Shown here: one piece after another, positions 54,320 through 64,000 of the stretch
Layout of the letters: each line of letters opens with the position of its first letter
Numbering within the stretch: the first letter of the stretch is position 1
Source of the DNA: Azolla caroliniana
Lineage: Eukaryota > Plantae > Polypodiophyta
Length of the DNA: 64,000 bases
Direction of reading: 5' to 3'
NCBI GenBank assembly: GCA_043228905.1
Contig: JBHGNT010000028.1
Span: 341,146 to 405,145 of the forward strand
Position numbers and translations under genes: made by a program
Notes under the pieces: model-generated
Databases searched by the model: none
The model's input: the letters and a program-made list of their open reading frames with translations, nothing else
Told to the model about the DNA's origin: nothing

Positions 54320-57300
54320 ATGGAAGGCGGCGGCAGCGGGCAGCCGGGGATGATGGTGCTGAATGCGCAGAACTACGCCGACTGGAAGATAAAGATGGAG
54401 GACCTGCTCATTGTTTGGGATCTGTATGAACCGATCGACAGGTCGGAAATACCCAAGGGGTTACTTGAGACGGAATGGAGGCTTCTGAACCGGAAAGCCG
54501 TTGCAACCATTCGGCAATACGTCGACGTGAGCGTTCTACAACATGTGGCGAACGACACCAACGCATATGAGATGTGGCGGAAGCTGTCGGGCCTCTACGA
54601 GAGGAAGAATGCGTTGAACCGGACCTCCCTGATGAGAAAGATAGTGAACCTCAAGTACCGGGATGGCGAGAGTATGGTGGAACACGTAAGCACGTTCATG
54701 GGATTCGTGAACCAGCTTGCGGCGATCAAGTTCCCGTTGGAGGATGCAATGCAAGCCATCATCCTGATGTGTACATTGCCGGAAAGCTGGGAGAACTTGG
54801 TGGTGACCCTCAGCACCTCCTGCACCGAAGATAACTTGTCCCTACAAACGGTAAAGACAAGTATTTTGAACGAAGAAGCGCGTCGGAGAGATAAAGAACC
54901 GGCCTCCGACTCGAAGGCGCTGCTTACCGAATCAGAACGGGGAAGACAATGGAACCGGAGTCCGCAAAGACGGGAGAAGTCGGGGACCCGGTCGCAGTCA
55001 AGAGGAAGACCCACATGCTTCCACTGTGGGAAGCCGGGGCACTTCCGAAAGAATTGTCGGCATTACCGAAAAGACAACGGAGCCGTCGACACCGATTCGA
55101 AGAAGTCACCGGAGAGAAACGGTGCATACCGGGGAGCCACGGACCGGAGAGGTTCGGATCGGCGAGGGCAGGACCGGAAAGGAACAACGGCACTCGCGGC
55201 AAGTGAGGAAGAAATCATGCTCATCACCGAAGAAGGTGAACTATACGTTGCCGGCGATGAGACGACCTGGGTGGTCGATTCCGGAGCATCGTTCCACCTG
55301 ACCCCGGAGAGAAGATACTTCTCATCCTACACAGCCGGTGAGCATGGCTGTGTCCGGATGGGAAATGAAGGTACGTGCCGGATTGCCGGCATAGGAGACG
55401 TGTGGCTGATGACATCAACCGGATGCAAAATGCTGCTGAAGGATGTCCGACACGTTCCGGAGGTTCGATTGAACCTGATTTCGGCCGGGAGGCTAGACGA
55501 TGAAGGCTACACAGGTAGCATCCGGAACGGCGAAATGAAGTTCAGCAAGGGGAGCTTGATAGTGGCTCGGGCCCGGAAGGTCAACACACTGTACCTGATG
55601 AATTCCCGGCTATGTCCGGAGGAGCTGAACGTGGCAGCCGACACTGCCGGTGAGCTGTGGCACAAGAGACTGTGCCACATGAGTGAGAAGGGGATGAAGA
55701 GGCTTGCAGAAGACAACCTTATTCCAGTGAAGCATGTGCACCTGGAGAAGTGCACCGACTGCCTGGCCGGTAAGCAAAACCGGACCTCCTTCCACTCAAG
55801 GCCACCGACGAGACGTAGTGCACCATTGGAGCTGGTGCACACTGACGTGTGTCAAGTAGAAACGAAGTCACATGGCGGAGCCCAGTACTTCGTGACATTC
55901 ATTGATGACCACAGCCGGAAGCTGTGGACGGCACCGTTGAAGACAAAGGACCAAGTGTTGGGCGTCTTCAAAGAACTCCACGCGAGAGTGGAAAGGGAAT
56001 CCGGCAAGAAGCTGAAAGCGATACGAGCGGATAACAGAGGGGAATACCGGGGGCAGTTCCAGGAGTACTGTCGCTCGAAGGGAATCCGACTCGAGTTTAC
56101 TGTGCCGAAGACGCCGGAACTGAACGGGCTAGCCGAGAGGATGAACCGGACCATAATGGAGAGGGTCCGGAGTATGCTGGCGCATGCGAAATTACCCAAG
56201 GGGTTCTGGGCTGAGGCAATGTCGACGGCGACATACGTGATAAACAGATCACCCTCAGTACCTTTGGACGGAGACACGCCGCAAAAAGTGTGGACCGGTA
56301 AGGAAGTGTCCTACCGGCATCTGAAGGTGTTCGGGTGTCTCGCATATGTGCATGTGGCAAAGGACCGGAGAGGAAAGCTAGATCCAAAGACCCGGCCATG
56401 CATATTCCTCGGTTATGGCGACGACGAGTTCGGCTACCGAGTATGGGACCCGGTCGACAAGAAGATATTCAGGAGTCGTGATATCATCTTCATGGAGGAC
56501 AAGACACTCGCCGACTGGGAGTCGGAGAAGAAGATGAAGAGCTTCAAGTCGACCGGTGAGAATCAACTCTACGAGGAGCAGTCCCGACCGGCAAGGGACC
56601 GGTTAGCACTCGAGGATCCGGCCGAAGACGGTGAAGAAACAGAACCGGCCGAAGAAGATGAAAATGATACCGGAACCGGCCCCGATCCCGAAATGGATTC
56701 GGATGAAGAAGAATCGGAAGAACCGGTTACCGAAGCTCCGGAACGGAGATATCCTCTAAGAGAGAGAAGGGCCCCCCGGAGATTTCCGGAACCAGAGCAC
56801 GTGCTGCTAACCGACGAGGGGGAGCCGGAGAGCTTTGAGGAAGCAAAGCATGACACCCAGAGCCGCAGGTGGTTGAGTGCCATGCAGGACGAGATGGATT
56901 CCCTGCATGAGAACCACACATATGAACTTGTGGTGTTGCCGAAAGGAAAGCGGGCACTACGAAACAAGTGGGTGTTCAAGCTGAAACCGGGAGATGCCGG
57001 AAACCCCCCGAGATACAAAGCCAGGATCATGGTGAAGGGGTTTCAGCAGAAGAAGGGCGTCGACTTCGACGAGATATTTGCCCCGGTAGTGAAGATGACC
57101 TCCATCCGAACGGTGCTGAGCATAGCGGCAAGCATGGACCTCGAGGTAGAACAGATGGACGTGAAGACGGCATTCCTTCACGGTGACCTCGAAGAAGAGA
57201 TCTACATGCAGCAACCGGAAGGATTCGAGAGGAAAGGGAAGGAGCACCTGGTATGCCGGTTGAAGAAGAGCCTTTACGGACTGAAGCAGGCTCCCCGGCA

Positions 57301-58393
57301 ATGGTACCGGAAGTTCGACTCTTTCATGACCGACGAAGGGTACCACAAAATGCAGTTCGACCACTGCGTGTTTGTGAAGAAGTTCGAAGGAGGAGACTTT
57401 CTAATACTCCTCCTGTACGTGGACGACATGTTGATCGTCGGACGGGACCAGGTCAAGATACGGATGCTGAAGAAGGCTCTTCACCGAACCTTCTCAATGA
57501 AGGACCTGGGTCCGGCGAGGCAAATACTAGGGATGCACATCATCTGAGACCGGAAGAAGAAGCAGTTGTGGCTGTCACAGGAGAAGTACGTGACAAAGGT
57601 GCTTCACCGGTTCAACATGTCGGAAGCAAGACCAGTCGGGTCAACACTCCTGACAAACTGCAAGCTGTCCAGCAAGCAAAGCCCCAAGACAAAGGCTGAG
57701 AAGGAGGACATGATGAAAGTACCATATGCCTCTGCCGTCGGGAGCTTGATGTACGCAATGGTGTGTACCCGACCGGACATAGGATATGCAGTCGGAGTGG
57801 TGAGCCGGTACATGAGCAATCCCGGCAAAGAGCATTGGAACGCGGCCAAGTGGATACTCCGATACCTGAAGGGCACGGCAAACGTGTGCCTCCGATTCGG
57901 ATCCGGTAAGCCCGAACTCGACGGCTTCACCGATTCGGATATGTCGGCTGATGCAGATACCAGCCGGTCCACATCAGGGTATGTGATGACGTATGCAGGG
58001 GGAGCTGTTTCCTGGCAGTCGAGGCTGTAGAAGACGGTTGCGTTGTCAACCACGGAGGCGGAGTACATGGCGGCTGTTGAAGCCGGCAAGGAAATAATAT
58101 GGATGAAGGACTTCATTAGAGAGCTCGGTATCCGACAGGAGGAGTACCGACTCTACTGCGACAGTCAGAGTGCCATCCACCTTGCGAAGAACGCGGCCTA
58201 TCACTCCCGGACGAAGCACATCCAGCGAAGATATCACTGGATCCGGGAAAGGATAGAAGACCAGGAGTTCGTGCTGACGAAGATCCACACGGACGAAAAC
58301 GGCTCAGATATGCTGACCAAAGTGCTCACACCCGACAAGCTGGAAGCATGCCGGAAGAGGATCGGATTGGAGAGACATCCCATGCCGAAGTGA
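54320..58393 (+). pseudogene. Copia Gag-Pol polyprotein (1357 codons: Gag, Zn knuckle, aspartic protease, integrase, reverse transcriptase, RNase H) with two in-frame premature stops
   Basis: First ATG after the PBS is at 54320. Motifs: CCHC knuckle CFHCGKPGHFRKNC (55016-55057), protease WVVDSGASFH (from 55268), integrase HHCC (LWHKRLCH..CTDC) and core (HTDVC, ADNRGEY, NGLAERMNRT, KLDPK..CIFLGY), RT (QMDVKTAFLHG, SLYGLKQAPRQW, LYVDDM) and RNase H (GFTDSD, STTEAEY, YCDSQSAI, RTKHI, SDMLTK). ORFs 54263-57547, 57566-58030 and 58043-58393 share one frame, split by TGA 57545-57547 and TAG 58028-58030. Confidence 0.95.
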
Positions 58394-58401
58394 AGGGGGA
58401 G
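58387..58401 (+). promoter_or_regulatory. Polypurine tract (plus-strand primer)
   Basis: GAAGTGAAGGGGGAG ends 2 nt before the 3' LTR and overlaps the pol stop codon. Confidence 0.92.
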
Positions 58402-58403
58402 TT

Positions 58404-59277
58404 TGTTGGGATTTCGGTCCCTCCGGATGGGATGTCCGGATGATGAATACCCCGGCTACGGAGCCGGATGATGAAGACCCCGGTTACGGAGCCGGATGAC
58501 GAAGACCCCGGCTACGGAGCCGGATGACGAAGACCCCGGTTACGGAGCCGGATGACGAAGACCCCGGCTACGGAGCCGGATGACGAAGACCCCGGCTACG
58601 GAGCCGGATGACGAAGACCCCGGTTACGGAGCCGGATGACGAAGACCCGGCTACGGAGCCGGATGATGAAGACCCCGGTTACGGAGCCGGATGACGAAGA
58701 CCCGGCTACGGAGCCGGATGATGAAGACCCCGGTTACGGAGCCGGATGATGAAGACCCCGGTTACGGAGCCGGATGATGAAGACCCCGGCTACGGAGCCG
58801 GATGATGAATGTACCCGGAGAGAGATCCGGATGCGGGGACATATTTGTGAATATGTTTGCCAAGGGCCCTTGAGGCTATATTTGTAAATAGCCCGAAAGT
58901 CATATGTGTATAAATATGACTTAGGGCAAACAGTTTTTGTTGTTGCTCATTTTCTGTTTTCCACTTAGAGGGAGCGAAGTGAGAGCAGCCGAGAGAGAGA
59001 GAGAGAGAGAAACGAGGAGGTCGTCGCCTCTGTGTATTACCGCCGCCTGTGGCGAAGACAGTGAGCTCAAGGTTGTTGCCTTGAAGCTTCACCATTGTAC
59101 ATCTCTGTTCATAGTGATAGTTGGAGTTTGAGGACTCCCGTGGTTTTTCCCATTTAGGGTTTTCCACGTAAAATATCCTGTGTACTCTTCTCTCGAAAGT
59201 CTTCGTGTACTTTGTATTTCCTATTTTCTGTGAGTTGATCCTATTCCTAGGTTGTGGCCGAGCACTGTTTTTCAACA
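58404..59277 (+). repeat. 3' LTR (874 bp)
   Basis: Same termini as the 5' LTR and preceded by the PPT. It is 83 bp longer because of three extra minisatellite units (28+28+27). Confidence 0.97.
58436..58809 (+). repeat. 28-bp minisatellite in 3' LTR U3, 13 units plus a partial unit
   Basis: Same unit; 13 copies from 58436 to 58797, two of them 27 bp (58632 and 58687). Confidence 0.95.
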
Positions 59278-59282
59278 GTATG
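59278..59282 (+). other. Target-site duplication GTATG (right copy)
   Basis: Directly follows the LTR end CAACA and is identical to 53493-53497. Confidence 0.96.
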
Positions 59283-60229
59283 AACATTTTAATTTACCTA
59301 TTACCTCTTCTAAACTCACTCCTCAACTTTGGTAATTTTGGCATGTCTCTCGACCTGAGTTTCAAAATCTTGATTTTTAAATTCCATATCATAGCTAGCG
59401 TTGTTAGCTTCGATTCGCATGTTTGAACACAAAAATCCGTTATCACACGAGCCAGGTATGAACATTTTAATTTACCTATTACCTCTTCTAAACTCACTCC
59501 TCAAATTTGGTAATTTTGGCATGTCTTTCGACCTGAGCTTCAAAATCTCGATTCGCATGTTTGAACACAAAAATCCGATATCAAACTCGCCAGATATGAA
59601 CATTTTAATTTACTCAAGGGCTCCTCTCAACTCCCTCCTCATGTTTGCTAATTTCGTCATGTCTCTCGACCTGAGTTTCAAAATCTTGATTTTTTAATTC
59701 CATATCATAGCTAGCGTTGTTAGCTTCGATTGGAATGTTTGAACACAAAAATCCGATATCACACGAGCCAGGTATGAACATTTTAATTTACCTATTACCT
59801 CTTCTAAACTCACTCCTCAAATTTGGTAATTTTGGCATGTCTCTCGACCTGAGTTTCAAAATCTTGATTTTTTAATTCCATATCATAGCTAGCGTTGTTA
59901 GCTTCGATCCGCATGTTTGAACACAGAAATCCGATATCACACGAGCCAGGTATGAACATTTTAATTTACTCAAGGGCTCGTCTCAACTCCCTCCTCAAGT
60001 TTGCTAATTTCGTCATGTCTCTCGACCTGAGTTTCAAAACCTTGATTTTTTAATTCCATATCATAGCTAGCATTGTTAGCTTCGATTCGCATGTTTGAAC
60101 ACAAAAATCCGATATCACACGAGCCAGGTATGAACATTTTAATTTACTCAAGGACTCCTCTCAACTCCTTCCTCAAGTTTGCTAATTTCGTCATGTCTCT
60201 CGACCTGAGTTTCAAAATCTTGATTTTTT

Positions 60230-62010
60230 AATTCCATATCATAGCTAGCGTTGTTAGCTTCGATTCGCATGTTTGAACACAAAAATCCGATATCACACGA
60301 GGCAGATATGAACATTTTAATTTACTCAAGAGCTCCTCTCAACTCCCTCCTCATGTTTGCTAATTTCGTCATGTCTCTCGACCTGAGTTTCAAAATGTTG
60401 ATTTTTCTAATTCCATATCATAGCTAGCATTGGTAGCTTCGATTCGCATGTTTGAACACAAAAATCCGATATCACACGAGCCAGATATGAACATTTTAAT
60501 TTATTCAAGGGCTCCTCTCAACTCCCTCCTCAAGTTTGCTAATTTCGTCATGTCTCTCGACCTGAGTTTCAAAATGTTGATTTTTCTAATTCCATATCAT
60601 AGCTAGCATTGGTAGCTTCGATTCGCATGTTTGAACACAAAAATCCGATATCACACGAGCCAGGTATGAACATTTTAATTTAGTCAAGGGCTCGTCTCAA
60701 CTCCCTCCTCAAGTTTGCTAATTTCGTCACTTCTCTCAACCTGAGTTTCAAAACCTTGATTTTTTAATTCCATATCATAGCTAGCATTGTTAGCTTCGAT
60801 TCGCATGTTTGAACACAGAAATCCGATATCACACGAGCCAGGTATGAACATTTTAATTTACTCAAGGGCTCGTCTCAACTCCCTCCTCAAGTTTGCTAAT
60901 TTTGTCATGTCTCTCGACCTGAGTTTCAAAACATTGATTTTTTAATTCCATATCATAGCTAGCATTGTTAGCTTCGATTCGAATGTTTGAACACAAAAAT
61001 CCGATATCACACTCGCCAGTTATGAACATTTTAATTTACCTAGTAGCTCTTCCCAACTCCCTCCTCATGTTGCTAATTTCGTCATGTCTCTCGACCTGAG
61101 TTTCAAAATCTTGATTTTTTAATTCCATATCACAGCTAGCGTTGTTAGCTTCGATTCGCATGTTTGAACACAAAAATCCGATATTACACGAGGCAGATAT
61201 GAACATTTTAATTTACTCAAGGGCTCCTCTCAACTCGCTCCTCATGTTTGCTAATTTCGTCATGTCTCTCGACCTGAGTTTCAAAATCTTGATTTTTCTA
61301 ATTCCATATCATAGCTAGCATTGGTAGCTTCGATTCGCATGTTTGAACACAAAAATCCGATATCACACGAGCCAGATATGAACATTTTAATTTACTCAAG
61401 GGCTCCTCTCAACTCCCTCCTCAAGTTTGCTAATTTCGTCATGTCTCTCGACCTGAGTTTCAAAATCTTGATTTTTCTAATTCCATATCATAGCTAGCAT
61501 TGGTAGCTTCGATTCGCATGTTTGAACACAAAAATCCGATATCACACGAGCCAGGTATGAACATTTTAATTTAGTCAAGGGCTCGTCTCAACTCCCTCCT
61601 CAAGTTTGCTAATTTCGTCACTTCTCTCAACCTGAGTTTCAAAACCTTGATTTTTTAATTCCATATCATAGCTAGCATTGTTAGCTTCGATTCGCATGTT
61701 TGAACACAGAAATCCGATATCACACGAGCCAGGTATGAACATTTTAATTTACTCAAGGGCTCGTCTCAACTCCCTCCTCAAGTTTGCTAATTTTGTCATG
61801 TCTCTCGACCTGAGTTTCAAAACGTTGATTTTTTAATTCCATATCATAGCTAGCATTGTTAGCTTCGATTCGAATGTTTGAACACAAAAATCCGATATCA
61901 CACTCGCCAGTTATGAACATTTTAATTTACCTAGTAGCTCTTCCCAACTCCCTCCTCATGTTGCTAATTTCGTCATGTCTCTCGACCTGAGTTTCAAAAT
62001 CTTGATTTTT
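60230..62010. repeat. 5-monomer HOR (891 bp) in the right-hand domain
   Basis: Markers TTAGTCAAGG at 60680/61571 and CGAATGTTT at 60980/61871 (offset 891). A third partial copy shows them at 62817 and 63117. Boundaries are approximate. Confidence 0.75.
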
Positions 62011-64000
62011 TAATTCCATATCATAGCTAGCGTTGTTAGCTTCGATTCGCATGTTTGAACACAAAAATCCGATATCACACGAGCCAGGTATGATCATTTT
62101 AATTTACCTACTAGCTCTTCCCAACTCACTCCTCAAATTTGCTAATTTCCTCATGTCTCTCGACGTGAGTTTCAAAATCTTGATTTTTTAATTCCATATC
62201 ATAGCTAGCGTTGTTAGCTTCGATCCGCATGTTTGAACACAGAAATCCGATATCACACGAGCCAGGTATGAACATTTTAATTTACTCAAGGGCTCGTCTC
62301 AACTCCCTCCTCAAGTTTGCTAATTTCGTCATGTCTCTCGACCTGAGTTTCAAAACCTTGATTTTTTAATTCCATATCATAGCTAGCATTGTTAGCTTCG
62401 ATTCGCATGTTTGAACACAAAAATCCGATATCACACGAGCCAGGTATGAACATTTTAATTTACTCAAGGACTCCTCTCAACTCCTTCCTCAAGTTTGCTA
62501 ATTTCGTCATGTCTCTCGACCTGAGTTTCAAAATCTTGATTTTTTAATTCCATATCACAGCTAGCGTTGTTAGCTTCGATTCGCATGTTTGAACACAAAA
62601 ATCCGATATCACACGAGCCAGATATGAACATTTTAATTTACTCAAGGGCTCCTCTCAACTCCCTCCTCAAGTTTGCTAATTTCGTCATGTCTCTCGACCT
62701 GAGTTTCAAAATCTTGATTTTTCTAATTCCATATCATAGCTAGCATTGGTAGCTTCGATTCGCAAGTTTGAACACAAAAATCCGATATCACACGAGCCAG
62801 GTATGAACATTTTAATTTAGTCAAGGGCTCGTCTCAACTCCCTCCTCAAGTTTGCTAATTTCGTCACTTCTCTCAACCTGAGTTTCAAAACCTTGATTTT
62901 TTAATTCCATATCATAGCTAGCATTGTTAGCTTCGATTCGCATGTTTGAACACAGAAATCCGATATCACACGAGCCAGGTATGAACATTTTAATTTACTC
63001 AAGGGCTCGTCTCAACTCCCTCCTCAAGTTTGCTAATTTTGTCATGTCTCTCGACCTGAGTTTCAAAACGTTGATTTTTTAATTCCATATCATAGCTAGC
63101 ATTGTTAGCTTCGATTCGAATGTTTGAACACAAAAATCCGATATCACACTCGCCAGTTATGAACATTTTAATTTACCTAGTAGCTCTTCCCAACTCCCTC
63201 CTCATGTTGCTAATTTCGTCATGTCTCTCGACCTGAGTTTCAAAATCTTGATTTTTTAATTCCATATCATAGCTAGCATTGTTAGCTTCGATTCGTATGT
63301 TTGAACACAGAAATCCGATATCACACGAGCCAGGTATGAACATTTTAATTTACTCAAGGGCTCGTCTCAACTCCCTCCTCAAGTTTGCTAATTTTGTCAT
63401 GTCTCTCGACCTGAGTTTCAAAACCTTGATTTTTTAATTCCATATCATAGCTAGCATTGTTAGCTTCGATTCGCATGTTTGAACACAAAAATCCGATATC
63501 ACACTCGCCAGTTATGAACATTTTAATTTACCTAGTAGCTCTTCCCAACTCCCTCCTCATGTTGCTAATTTCGTCATGTCTCTCGACCTGAGTTTCAAAA
63601 TCTTGATTTTTTAATTCCATATAATAGCTAGCGTTGTTAGCTTCGATTCGCATGTTTGAACACAAAAATCCGATATCACACGAGCCAGGTATGATCATTT
63701 TAATTTACCTACTAGCTCTTCCCAACTCACTCCTCAAATTTGCTAATTTCCTCATGTCTCTTGACGTGAGTTTCAAATTTTGATTTTTTAATTCCATATC
63801 ATAGCTAGCGTTGTTAGCTTCGATTCTCACGTTTGAACATAAAAATCCGATATAACACGAGCCAGGTATGAACATTTTAATTTACTCAAGGGCTCCTCTC
63901 AACTCCCTCCTCAAGTTTGCTATTTTCGTCATGTCTCTCGACCTGAGTTTCAAAATCTTGATTTTTTTATTCCATATCATAGCTAGCATTGTTAGCTTCG

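Larger units (their letters stand above)
53498..59277 (+). mobile_element. Full-length Ty1/copia LTR retrotransposon (5780 bp), Tto1/Tnt1 (Tork)-like, coding-defective
   Basis: Two direct LTRs with TGTTG...CAACA termini, 5-bp TSD GTATG, PBS, PPT and domain order Gag-PR-IN-RT-RH (copia order). The lineage call rests on recalled similarity of Gag (LNAQNYADWKIKMEDLL, IRQYVD, TLPESWE, ILNEE) to Tto1 and was not tested by alignment. Confidence 0.97.
59278..64000. repeat. Same satellite family, about 26 monomers, different subfamily composition (right domain); continues beyond window end
   Basis: Resumes in register with the interrupted monomer (GTATG AACATTTT). Dominated by TACTCAAGGGCTC(C/G)TCTCAA-type monomers with private variants AGCATTG, CAGAAATCC, AAAACCTTG, TTAGTCAAGG and CCTATTACCTCTTCTAAA. 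Confidence 0.97.

Noticed and set aside
54373-58288. Numerous overlapping alternative-frame and antisense ORFs within gag-pol
   Set aside because: Expected shadow ORFs of a GC-rich coding sequence.
58394-58403. env-like ORF (Sirevirus) or chromodomain/CR motif
   Set aside because: The pol stop overlaps the PPT with only 10 bp before the 3' LTR, leaving no room for an extra ORF. The domain order is copia, not chromovirus.
1-64000. Identity with Arabidopsis CEN178 or Brassica CentBr because of monomer length
   Set aside because: Only the length is similar. I recognise no sequence match to those monomers, so no species or family name is assigned; a BLAST or satellite-database search is needed.

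Overview
Plant-type centromeric/pericentromeric satellite DNA. About 58 kb is one head-to-tail tandem array of a 177-178 bp AT-rich monomer (about 300 copies at 1-53497, about 26 at 59278-64000), with nested higher-order repeats (4-, 5-, 10-12- and 13-mers, plus a 12,963 bp block duplication). One full-length Ty1/copia LTR retrotransposon interrupts the array (53498-59277, + strand). It has a 5-bp TSD (GTATG), TG..CA LTRs, a tRNA-iMet PBS, a PPT and a single gag-PR-IN-RT-RH frame broken by two C>T nonsense codons; the protein looks Tto1/Tnt1 (Tork)-like. Notable points: the LTRs are nearly identical but carry 10 vs 13 copies of a 28-bp U3 minisatellite; nested palindromes cluster around the TATA box; CCGG is strongly over-represented in the element; and the insertion lies at a switch between two satellite subfamilies, with an empty-site paralogue about 500 bp away. 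No host genes or RNA genes are supported. The short ORFs in the satellite are artefacts. The species cannot be identified from the sequence alone, and all counts were made by eye.
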